Origin: Kudoa neothunni
Taxonomy: Eukaryota; Animalia; Cnidaria
NCBI GenBank assembly: GCA_964304625.1
Contig: OZ199839.1
Span: 5,450,898-5,514,897, forward strand
DNA: 64,000 nucleotides
Direction of reading: 5' to 3'
The position numbers were made by a program, and so were the translations under genes. The notes below the pieces were generated by a model. The model worked only from the letters and a program-made list of their open reading frames with translations, had not been told where the DNA came from and made no database searches. The first letter of the stretch is position 1. Each line of letters starts with the position of its first letter. This document shows, one piece after another, positions 13,101 through 25,396 of this stretch.

Positions 13101-16100
13101 TTCCTTGTTGATTCATTGGAAACTTTAAAAGTTATTGGCTCTCCAGCTAAAGAATATTTTCGAAAATTTGAATAAAAATATTACCTGTTTTTTGGTTTTT
13201 AAATATTTGTTCCGCGTAATCTCCTGTAGGCACTACTTTTATATCATAGTTGGCACCCGAATTTAATCCAATAATATTAAATTGTGTATCGCAGTTATTG
13301 ACACATGGTTTATTTCCTCTACAAACTGCCGGAATGTATCCAAGATTTGAATCTGTTTGTTTCAAGTAAATTGTGCATTTGCTTGTCGAGATTGTGGAAC
13401 TGGGGATGAGACTAAATCCGTCAGTGGTGGAAGTAGTACTAACGGCGGTGGTTGAAAGACTGTTCGGCGATTCTTAAAGAATTATAAAAATATTTTACTA
13501 TAAAGGATTACCTTTTCTATAATAAAAGTATTTCATTACTTCATGATTGGGAATCGTTTTGATATTCACAGAAACCTCATTAAGTAAATGACGTGTGCCT
13601 AGCGATATTTCCATTTCATCTATTCTACAAGTCACACCTTCGATTGTTTTTTTATCCCATTCATAATTCAACGGAGCATAAACATTCCAATAATTTAAGG
13701 TACAAAGATTATCAACAAGAATTGCAAATGGTTTACCATCCTCATCCAACTTAGCCTTCGTGATATTAATTTTGATATTAGAACCGGATATTGTAGGAGG
13801 AATATCATTTAGGTGTTTTACTAAAATAAGTTAATTCAATTTTATACCAAATTTAAAATTACAAAAGTGAATGTTGTTATCATAACTATATAACGGTACC
13901 ATTCCTAATTTAAGGACGCGAATTTTTACTGCCTTCACATTTTCTGGAATACTATCAAAAGTAATACTACTACATAAGCTGTATAAACAGTTTCTATTAT
14001 TTTTGCACTCGGTAGAATAAAAGGTATTTTCTGATAATGGTGTTGCATCGATCCATTCGAATGTGCATAATTCCGATGGTTCCTCGTTAACCAATTTCAC
14101 CGTCAACCTCCTGTTTGATTCATTAATCGCCAGCTCAAAATAGAATCTATTAAAAATGGGCGCACCATTTTTTGTCAACGTATTATCATAAAAAAAATGG
14201 AAGTCGAAATGTTTGGGGCAAATTATGTGGTAGTCCTCAACGTTTTCATCGAATGCAACTATGTAATCTCCCCAATTACAAGAACCTTTTAATATTTCTG
14301 GTTTTTCTTTGATAGAATCTTGTTTTTGATTGTCTTTGTAGATTGCACAATTTAAGGAACATTTGTGTGAGCGTAAATGAAGTAGATCGAGACCAATTTT
14401 TGCTTCGTAATGGACATTCTCAAAATAATCTTAATTATTTTATAAGATTGTTTACGATTAAATGTTACCTATATAATATGAAAAAACTTTTCCTTTATTA
14501 ATTTCTTTTGTAGTTATTTGTGGTTCGGCTGGTTTCAGCGGTGTATTTCTTCCGTCTGTACCATCGCCTTCTTTTGCGTCTTGTCCATTTGCCCCACCTG
14601 AATCTTGCACAACTTCAGATGTAACTGACACAGTGGACTGTATTTCTGGAGAAGTTACACTTTCACTTGTGTCCGATTTTATAGTTATTGTTTCTTCGTA
14701 TAAAACAGAAATATAGTTCAATTTATTGGTGTTATCGTGAGAAATAAAAAATTCCTTTCCCAAATTTTGGCAATTGTGTACGTTTAAGGCTCCATTTACA
14801 CCAGAATTTTCGTATACACTCAAATCAGATTTTGCCTTCTTGACAGTGCATTTTTTATTAGTTAACTCTGTTAGATCACCCCTAAATTTAACGCTATATT
14901 TCTGAGCATTCGAATCATATCGCAGAATCATTTCTCCATTACCATCAACTCTGTCACCTAAGAATATTTGATTTAAGTATTAAGAAAATAACTACTTGTT
15001 ATATCTCTGTAAGAATATTTTGTATATCCTTTGTTTACCGCAATTATTTGGTATATGACTTCAGAATTAAGTTTGCTCCATGGAATATCTAATTTAGTGG
15101 TATCCTCGGAAACTAACACCGAAGGATTGCAGTTGCTGTTCAAACAATCAATAATTGTTTCCATGGAATTTTTTTCTATCAAAAGATAAGTCCACATAGA
15201 TTCAGAATTTTTTATTGAAGGAGTCATTGTGACAGTAGTCTTTTGTTTCGTGACATCATTACTTGAAGTAAGTGACAGTGTATCTCCGGTAGCTACGAAA
15301 CGATATAACGCTGTTACTAAACAAAAATTACTTTCCACTTCATTGCTGTCGACACATGTGTACCCCTTAGAGCACACAGTTATTTTGTACTTGGTTCTGG
15401 GATCAAGATTTATAATTTTGAAAGTGTCATTGCAAGCACCAACACAAAAAACATTTTTCCCGTTCATTTCACAAGTGGCAGGAAACTTGGATGATTCACT
15501 TCCAAAAGTCGAATAGTAGAGTTCACATTTAGTATCAGTATTAGATTCAGATGGAAGTAGATTAGGTAAAGTTAGAGTCAACTTTGTGGGGTTCTTTTCG
15601 ACGGAAGATAGTGTGATAGGACTGGAAGATGAAAATTCCTTTCCTTTTTAAAACATATAAAGATATTTATGAAATATATATAAAGGTACCTTTAGTTTTA
15701 AAATAAAAATATCTATAGTAATATTTTGATTCTTTAAAATCTCTTTTAATCATTCCAATTATTTTAATTCTGAGAATATATTCTGTCGACGGCAGAAGTG
15801 AGGTCAAAGTTATTGAAGAGAAAGTATCACATTTATCATTAATACAAGTAGGAATAATTCCGTTATTTCCGATTCCCATATATTTCTTTATTAGTTTTAT
15901 TTGTCCGATTTTAACTCCGTCTATAACAGCTTCATTTGATCCATCTTTGTTAAAATATGTGAGATCAACGGTCACATTATTATTTTCATGAGTAACGTCG
16001 TGTTGATGGTTGTTGACTAAGAAATACTTAATTTATATAATGAGACTAAAATTTACATGTTAATAGTTGAATAAAATCCCTTGATATAGATTTAGTTATC

Positions 16101-17097
16101 GGCCTTACAAGTAGATTGGCATATGACATGGTAACCCTTGGATGCGTCAAATAAGCCTTGTCACAAGGTTTATAACACGATCCATACGTGTTCGATAGAG
16201 AACAACTAGAGTAAAAATGGTTTTCTGCAATAGCTTTTATTCCGAAGTAACATATTAATGAAGGTTTTGGATTTACAAGCGTTATTTCATAGAAAAAGTT
16301 ATGTCTACCATAATTTGTAATCAAACGAGCACCGGTTGCTATAAAAAAATCTTCAGTGGGTTTTTGTGGATTAAAAAATATTTCAGGTGATCGATTATCA
16401 AATTCGATTATATACTTAGGTTGATCCGACAATGGACTTAATTTAATAGAATTTTCTTTGAAGAAAGCATCATTTGATACTACCCTCGATTCTTGAGTAC
16501 CATCAATTTTCGAGGTAAAGCCTCCGTTGACTTTGCTTTGAATAGTTAATGTAAACTCTTCATCTGCCTTGACTGATGAAATCGTAGTTTTTACGTAAAT
16601 ATCTGAAACGAATTTATCCACTCTAACATGAATGAGTTATACCTTGGAGTATAAAAACTTTTTTGATGGGGCATATTTTTAGATCTTCATTGTTTTTACC
16701 TTGGCACCATCTTAGAGATTTAATTTCTTTGAATTCGTCTCCATTCATTTTGAATTCAACCTTCTTACAGTCATAGATGCACATATTTGACCCTGGTTCC
16801 CCAGCACTATTTTCTATATAATTAACACATGAAGAAAATAATTTGAATGCGTTGGTTGCTTTTTCATAAAATTGGAGGGCACATTTTTTACTACTATTTT
16901 CGATTCCGTATCCGGAAAGAGAAATAGTATATTTATTATCCACGTTTGAGAAAGTAAGTTTCATGATGGAATTATCAATATTATTAGATGCCGCATTACT
17001 CGAGATAAACCCTAATTAAAATATATTTGATTTTTTCAAATAAATATTTACATGTGATGCAACATATAATTATTGATGTGAAACGGTTGCACAGCAT
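10119..17097 (-). CDS. Large (~2,000 aa) single-pass membrane protein with tandem Cys-rich fibronectin-type-III-like modules; multi-exon
   Basis: ATG at 17097 gives the signal-peptide-like MLCNRFTSIIICCITWFISSNA. Fifteen GT-AG introns (17012-17051, 16603-16642, 16017-16056, 15644-15689, 14958-14995, 14430-14468, 13821-13862, 13473-13511, 13147-13184, 12974-13011, 12767-12805, 12315-12433, 11695-11732, 11353-11391, 11023-11064) join the ORF-track pieces into one frame of 1894 codons down to 10738. FN3 tyrosine-corner motifs recur (LSPGTNY, LDPRTKY, LLPSTEY, LNSGANY, LELGETY). The TM exon 10236-10119 reads LYALIPLVESILLITGIFIF-RRWKRR. Splicing in 10342-10737 and the true 3' end are unresolved. 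Confidence 0.85.
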
Positions 17098-18319
17098 ATC
17101 ACTCAAGGTTGCGGTACCTGCGTCAAAATAGTCAGACCAATTTGTGGTTTATTCATATACACTTTTAATACCCTTCGAGTTTTATTCGTGTAATACATAT
17201 GTATTTATTGTAATCCTTTATTGAAAATAACATTAATTGTTTATACAAACAATGATCACGAGGTGTTGTGTCGTTTAAGTGTGTCTCATTCAAGCGTAAT
17301 TTAAAAAATACAACATTGATGATTTTGATTGTAAACATATGCCAATAATAATGTTCATTTTTAGTAAGATTTATACCGTATTCAATCCAAAGAAATAAAT
17401 TGACCATGAATTGTTGTTCAATAGTCGAACCCATACGATACATTTTAATTGTTATATGTCGTATTGCTAATAACTATAGCTATCCTATCCTATTATTAAA
17501 ATAAGACTACCAAAACTAGGAAACTTATGTTAGATCATGCAAATCTGTTTACCAGAAAATTTATTATTTTAAAAATTTCAGTAAAATACCTAAGTTTCAT
17601 TCATGAGAGACTAACAAGAACTGTCCAGCTTTGCATGGGAATATTAAGCACTGAGAGATTTCCTAATAACATTAAAAAGCATATTAATGTTTCAAATTAA
17701 CTCATAGAAACAGTAAAACCAAATATGTTTTGTAAAAATCATACTTTTAACAACTGTGAACAACGAAATTAAAATCATAATCACTTCTGGCGGGGGTGAA
17801 CCAACAATAAACAATAAAAGATCGATGTCCTGTTTAGTATAATTCCCAACTGTTTTGAATTTGTTCAAAAGTGTTATCTTAAATGTTATTTTTTGTCCCT
17901 CGAGATTTTTCAATGAGGAAATCCGGCCCAGCTCACAAAGTTTGCGCACTACAGTTTAACCTTCCATGCATTTTGAAAAATTACATATTCCAAATAAAAA
18001 TAAAGTCAAAATCACCCCAGATTTTGGTTGATAACAGTTTTTAAATATTATGTGATATTTATTAGGGAAATTATAGCTAATTCTATCGACGAAATTTTGA
18101 AAAAATGATAAAACATTGGGACTTTATAAGGCATATTGATGTGCACGAGTTCTCGATAATTTCGTTTTTTGTTCTAAAGCAATATTTGAGCAGTTGATTT
18201 TACGGTTATAGGAATTAAAAATGTTCACTCCTACAAAATACAAAATATCAACGAGCGCAGCCAATTTTTATTTAGTACAATATCTTTTAGTGAAAAAACT
18301 CACATTAGTAACACAATTA

Positions 18320-19800
18320 GCCTATTCCTTAAAACAGTTGTTACAGAAATTTTTTGGATGTTCTCTACTGCCTGAATTTAAACAAAATGAACATTTTATT
18401 GGAGTTTTCTCGTCACGTTTTTCTCCTGCAAAATTCACACTTTAGGATAAAGCTATTCCGGCTAACGCTCAAAAAGTTGTTACGACGAATAAAGGTTAGG
18501 TGGGATTCTTGATTCTTTCTCGTGACCAGTTTTTTGGCCAGTTCATAGGCCATGAATTTCATAAATGAAATCCTAATGAGCTTGGATAAATTATTCAATT
18601 CTTTAAATAGAAAATGCATTTATTAGCGATGTGTTCACCATATTAAAATCACAACCAGAAGTCAATGATGAGTAAATCTTATAAAACTGAAAGACAACAG
18701 TAATCTAGCGATTTTATCCATCCCTCCGTCGACTCGGTTATAATGTAGCGTAATTTCAGGTTTGACTGGCTCGTCCGACGAGGTTTGGATGACTGTAGAG
18801 GACTTGAAAAGAACATATAACTAGCTTATTTTTTGGGTATATATCTGAGCACAATTTTCTTCCCATTAAATACGAAGAATATAGGATTTATAAGAGAATT
18901 TTTGGAAAGGTGTAAATAAGGCGAGATATCCCTTTTGTTGGCACGAATCGTACCTATCATTGTCAATTTTTTTGTCAATAATTCCTCTGCCAATTCAACA
19001 GAAGTGAAGAAGTTATCACTGAGAAAATCTTTACCGGATCGTCAGAATACTTGGAATAGTCCTATCAACTTCGGTAAAATATTTTTACAACATTTATCGC
19101 CTTATTGGAATTATTTGGTCTTCCCAAATAAACATCAATGTTGTACACCTATGTTGATTTGGGATCAACCACCAGGAAAAACTTTATGACGTACGTAGCA
19201 GAATTGTTTCGCATGTATTTCTTAATGGGACTAACTGCTCGTCAACACACATCTTCAACGGGACGGAAACAATGAGGTAATAAATAAACTCAACGAGCCC
19301 AAAGCTCACATAAATGAAAAATTCTTCATATTATATTGTCTTCCATACTATCTTTGTCATAAAAATGAAGAGATTTAGCAAGTTGCCTAAGTCTATTTAA
19401 TGAAAAGAGATTGTGATGAATCTTTCTTCTTCATCGACCCAAAACAATAATGAAATTGGTTCTTGCATGTTTTTATGAATCGCTATCAATAGCATACATC
19501 CAATTCTACCTTATCTAATGTTTTGCTGTTACCATCGAAATAACTTTTCTCAAATTGGTTCGTAAATTTCCACATAATTTCATACATTGTTTTGCTGAAA
19601 GAAGCCGTAGCGTATCAATCATTTCATTTACGTTATTAGATATAAAAGGAGAAACGCCAGATCTATTATTCATGATATTCTCGGCTCCTGTTTTAAGGAT
19701 AAAGATTTCTTATCAGTCCAAAAAATGATCTAATTGGCACGTCAACATCGATTTCCGAGACATTCGAATTAGATTTAACGCGACTTGAATGATCAGCATT
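18320..19800 (-). pseudogene. Degenerate piggyBac transposase (not evident in the ORF track)
   Basis: Minus-strand motifs MCVDEQLVPLR (~19240), SDNFFTSVELAEELLTKKLTMIGTIRANKRDI (~18930-19020), HYNRVDGGMD (~18730), and the C-terminal Cys domain CEFC..RDEKTPIKCSFC..EHPKNFCNNC. Confidence 0.85.
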
Positions 19801-20236
19801 GGGCTCATTAACCTCTAACAGATGAAAAAGCAACCACCCTCTAACGGGCGTTGTGATACAAAAGACCCCGGAATTTTTGAATATATTCAGAAAATTATTA
19901 TAAAGTTAAGGGAAAAATATTAAGAAATTCAGCGCGAGGAATATTGAGAAAACAATCAATTACTTCATAATTAATCCTCGGTGATCTGCTCTGGTAAGAT
20001 TAGGTATTATTTCGTAACAACTCGTGATTGTAACGTATAGCATGTTTAGCCTCTTTTGAAATAATGACAAACAAAAATCTTAACGAAAAATAAAATATAA
20101 ATTCTAATAAAGACACTCTATGCGGTAAAAAATGCAGAATAGCGACCGTGATCAAAAACAACCACAGCGAATCAAATCGACCATGATGAATAATTTATTT
20201 TTGTTTAGTTTTGATTCTACATGAATTTACTTTTAA

Positions 20237-23200
20237 CACTTGTACTTACACTCGGGGTCCAATGGACCCAGAGCATGGTTGTTGCTTATATAATGACTCT
20301 CTCAATAGAGTCAGAAAGTCAAAATTTAGTATAGCTTCCTAAATATTTGTTGTATTTTTTTCATATTTATATGATCTAATGATGATTGAGTGATTTTTTA
20401 TTTAATCAAAAAAAAGTTATACCCTCTTATGTACAAACTGGATCCAAAAGACCCAGTAGAATAACTTGACAATTAACGCCTTTAAACAAATAAAAACTAA
20501 TACAAACAATAAAACAACAAAATATATTTAATAAAGAAATCTAAAAATCCAGATTTGACAGTAACGAAATAAAATATCTCTAAATAATTGCACCTTTGTT
20601 TGTTTCGAGCCATGCCTAAAAATTATAAGTTGCTGCATACTTTACCATAACTTCTACAATATTTAATTACAATATAATTTATTATAAATAAAATTATGGT
20701 TTTCTACGTCGAAATATCTAGGAATAGTTATTATTGACCCATAGTTGGTTTTCGTTGTTTTTTCGGCTCTGGCATAAAACCGCCATAAAAACTTTCATTA
20801 TTCTTAAAATTTTATTATTTTTTTAATACCAATGAATGAATGAATTTTGTATTTATTACTACAGTATAATTATAGTAAATAGTGTATTTGTAAAGATATG
20901 ATAATAAATAGCTTACATCTTGTGCTTAAATTCTACTGCAACGAAAAATTTATGATATTAGTCTCTTTGAGGGTGTTTTTGTGAATTTAGAAAAATTATA
21001 CTTACTTGTATGAGATAAATTAAATTTAAGAACTACAGATTTATCTAAGATAAGTTATAATGGAAGCAATGTGAGGCCGAAAAAGCAACGAAGAACGACC
21101 AGCATGCTAAATCCTAATAATCCTACATTTGTTACTTGAGAGATGAGCTACAGGAATTTGATCGAAGCAGTTGATGAAATTGATAATTATGATAACGAAA
21201 TAAGTTGCATAGGTATTGTAACATTACCTCCTGAAACGGTGGATATTTTAGCAGACGAAGAAAGTTTTGTCAACCTAGATTCAGACAATGTTGACATCTG
21301 GAATGTCCCCTTAGTTTGCTGGGAAGTTGAGATATTTTCAACATTAGATGATGGTCAGACTGCTAAGAACTCCATGGCCAAGTGGAAAAAAAATTCTTCA
21401 TTCATCGAATTTATCAACCGATGTGGGAACTAATGTTTTTTTCACAAAACAAAAATGAATTGCCAACAAACGTTTCGCTCGAAAAATACGATTCACTTGA
21501 AGCATTTTATTAATTTTGTGGTGAAAATTTATTGATGCACATTGTTAAAAAAAGTAATCTGTATGTTCGCCAGAAGAATGACCATTCTTTCCACTTATCG
21601 TTAAAGGAACTAAAATCATTAATTGGTATTTTACTACTGTCTGGATATAATAAATTATCCCAACAACATATGTATTGGGAATCTGCAATGGACTCTGGAG
21701 TTGATATAGTCAGAAAATGCATGTCCTATAAACGCTTCAAGACTATAAAGTCATATATTCATTTGAATGATAACACCAATTTAGATCCTGAAGACAAACA
21801 TTTCAAACTTAAACCAATAATAAAAAAACTGAATGCAAATTTTAAAAAATTTGGTGTTTTCCATAATAACGTTTGTGTCGATGAAAAGATGGTTCCATAT
21901 ACCTGTCACCACTCATGCAAAATGTTCACGAGAGGAAAACCAATTCGGTTTGGTTTTAAGCAATGGATATTGGCCTCTGCGGATGGTTTTGTGTATAGCT
22001 TTGACGTTTATACAGGCAAGTCGGCGAAATATGATAAATATTCTGGCCTCGGTGGCAGTGTTGTGCTGAATTTTGCGGACGATCTTAACGATAAACCAAA
22101 TGCTCATATTTATATGGACAATTCTTTCACATCCTATAAATTGTTCGTTGAACTGAAGAAAAGATCCCTCAAAGCAATCGTACTTCCAAATGCCCGCTTA
22201 CAACAAATAAAGTGATGGAAAAAAATCGAGAGGTTTCTTCTAAACATTTAAGGATAAAGAATTTGGCATTGATTGTCTATATTGGTGAGACACAAAACCT
22301 GTAGCTCTAATGAGTAGTGCATTAAATGTCGGACCTGTCCAACAAATCCGACGATATTTTGAATCTAAAAAAAGATACGACAACGTTCCTCTACATCACA
22401 TATGTTATATGTGTAATAAATACATGAGAGGAGTCGATGTCGTCGATGCTTCAGTTTCATATTACAGAGTAAATATAAAATCTAAAAAATGGTACTGACC
22501 CCTGTTTACCAATATGTTGTTATCCCTGGCAATGGTTAACCAATTTATTGGAGTTAACCATAAAAATGATGGAAAAATAGAATTGTTAAACCATATTCGA
22601 AATATCATAACATGTTTAGTTAGCATTAGTGACCATGAAAAACTTACCAGCACATCGTCCCTATCAAAACTCTGAGCGTCATCATTGTGCAAAAAACCCT
22701 TTATTAATACCCATCCTGCAAAAAAGAAACGTAGATGTATAGTTTGTAAAAAAACTACAATACATTTATGTGCGAATTACCAATGTTATATGCATATAAA
22801 ATGTTCAATAAAATTCCGTAAGGCATAATTATTTACAATTATTTCACTTTAAATGAGCTATTTTTTGTATACCGCAAACATAAACCTGCTATTGGAAAAT
22901 CTCACGTCTGTAGTTTTTCGGCAAGTTACGAATTCAACTGTAATTCATTAAATAGTTAATATTTCGAATATCTATTACACTTGTGTTATTTATTCATGAT
23001 TTAATACGTATATATAAATTATAAATAAAATCTAAACATTGGACCCGTTATGGGTTAAGGATAGTAACAAATTAATCCTTTGTCGCCCTAGTGTAGCTGC
23101 TAATCTGTGTAGAATGTTAACTCTTGATGATGCGATAAAAATGACTATGCAAAACTCAGAAGACTCTAACACGGATGAGAATCTGTCTTCTGATGAAGAA

Positions 23201-25041
23201 ATAGACAACATTATAGAAGAACCAATTTCAAGCGATTCGGAGAATATTTCTGATATTGAACAATCTCAAGAGGAAACTCAGTTCTCAAGAGACAAATTAA
23301 TTAAATGGGAGTCGAAAATAACAAATAAGGCGGTTAGAACACGTCACCACAATATTGTAACAAATTATGTATTTAGGATCCCAAATGAAGTTACTGAAAA
23401 AATATTTTTACCATTGAATTCATTCAAAAGTTTTATTGGAGATGATATTATTACAAAAATAATAATTTCGACAAACAATTTTTTGGAAAAGAGAAAAAAT
23501 AAAATAAAAATTAATGATTCTGGTGTTTGGAAATGGATAGGTGCTAATATATATCTTGGAATAATGAAAAACAAAAACTCTTCATTACAAGAGTTATGGA
23601 ATAAAGAAAAAGGTTTACCGGTTTTATCGAAAAGTAATAAATCATTAATAAAATTTAAATATAAACATATGGAAATAACATTTATATATTTTATAGTAAT
23701 ATATCATATCGGAGGTACAGAATTATCTCTGAAAGTATTCTTTTCGATGACTGCGTACGTAGAGCGTGACCCTCAGAGAAAAGACTCACCAATTAGTTTT
23801 TTATGGGATTCATTTATAAATAATTGCCGAAGTAACTACATACCATCTGAGCAATTAACAGTGGATGAATAGCTTTGCACAACAGGGGGTCGTGTGAATT
23901 TTAAAACTTATATACCGAGACCGAGTAAACCCGGAAAATATAGTATCAAAATTTGGGTCTTGGCAGATGCCCAAAATGCTTACTCGTGTAATGTCTAAAT
24001 TTATACAGGAAGATCATCAAATGGTCCAGAGGTAAATAAGGGGAACGAGTTGTCAGAGAACTCGAAAATCTTTATCTAATATCTAGATAAAGGAAGAACC
24101 ATAACTACTGACAATTTTTTCACAAGTTTAAACCTGACAAAATATTTAAGAGGCCGTAAGACAGCCCTAGTCGGAACTGTGAGAAAGTCACGTAAATTTT
24201 TACCTACGTGCTTTCAACAGAATAAAAAAGAAGTTGGATCTCAGTTTCTTTTGCATGATAGGATCACGCTTGTTAAGTTTTGTGAAAAGTCAAATAAGTC
24301 TCTTTTGCTTCTCACTTCTCTACACAACGACAATAACATTGAGGAAGATGGGAAACCCGAAATAGTACATTCCTATAACCAGACTAAGGCTGGCGTAGAT
24401 GTTCTTGATCGGCTTATTCGATTCTACACTGCGAGAGGAAGAACTCTGAGATGACCACTTACAATATTCTATATGATTGACATTGTTGGTTATAACTCAA
24501 TGGTTGTATATTTGGAAAAATATATTGAATTTAAGTCAAAATATAAAAACCGTACAAGGTGGCAATATTTACAAAATTTAGTTGATGGAATTGTTGAAAC
24601 ATACGGTAACGAAAATAGTGACCCTTCGCTTATCGAACCATCAAATTGCTATAGAAAGGGTGGGAGAAGAAGATACAGATTGTGCCCCTCTATAATAGAC
24701 ATAAAAACTAAGACGATCTGTTTTAAATGTGGAAAAAACGTTTGTCAACGACATTATTAAGTTTTATGTAAGAATTGTCGTTGATTTTTTGTCTATTATA
24801 AAATTAAAAATTCACACTAGTATATTTGTGATGCCATCCACGTCAGTAATGGCGTTGTGTTATATCTTGTTTTTTACAACGTAGCGACAAATTATTAACA
24901 TGATATTAACAATAAACCAATTTTTCTTCATTTATGTAATATTGATAATCAGTTGGACAACGCTAATTCCAATTTTACCGACTGGGTCCCTTGAACCCAG
25001 TTTTTGCAACAGTGTGATTTTTTGGGACGTACGTGCGAGTG
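20237..25041 (+). mobile_element. piggyBac element (outer) with TTAA TSDs, interrupted by a nested piggyBac
   Basis: TTAA|cacttgtacttac ... gtacgtgcgagtg|TTAA imperfect TIRs, with subterminal gggtccaatggaccc / gggtcccttgaaccc near-palindromes. The decayed transposase at ~23114-24783 has LTVDE, ITTDNFFTS, YNQTKAGVD and a Cys tail. Confidence 0.8.
20738..23054 (+). mobile_element. Nested piggyBac (PGBD2/3-like) element
   Basis: The transposase at 21143-22829 has VCVDEKMVPY, KPIRFGFKQW, IYMDNSFTS and NKYMRGVDVVD. Candidate ends are ttga|cccata ... tatggg|ttaa, with an internal inverted repeat at ~20747-20769 / 21073-21100. The transposase is secure; the boundaries are less certain. Confidence 0.8.
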
Positions 25042-25396
25042 TTAACATTACCTTTCAGGTATACACGATAGCTGTTGTATCTTTTATATATCTCCTAGTC
25101 CATCGTGATCATTTTTACAGGCCATAACACTCAATTGAGTGAAGCACCCTTTATGCATTCTAAAATTTAAACGTAGCAATTGATTTATATGCGTTGTCAC
25201 AATTTCTCCTTAGCGGATACCTATTATTAACTTTCTAAGTCACTCAAAAATTTACATCCCCAAGTAAAATGGGGTAGAAACCTACTCCACGTTTTTTTGA
25301 TAAAAAGATTTAATATGTATAAAAATGATGTTAGAAAAAATGAATAAATACTCTGTGATATTTTCAAGTGCGAACGCGCTCGAATTACGTTATACA

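Noticed and set aside
15229-15516. Plus-strand 95-aa ORF, and similar antisense ORFs (9524, 11353, 44590, 50521, 52255)
   Set aside because: These are antisense or alternate-frame shadows of real or likely coding sequence.
10730-16964. Operon or cluster of about 13 separate small genes, or stop-codon recoding
   Set aside because: Each break contains a GT-AG intron that restores one continuous frame under the standard code.
18720-18745. pogo-like TIR (cgtcgactcggttataa)
   Set aside because: It is the reverse strand of the piggyBac YN..GG.D coding motif.
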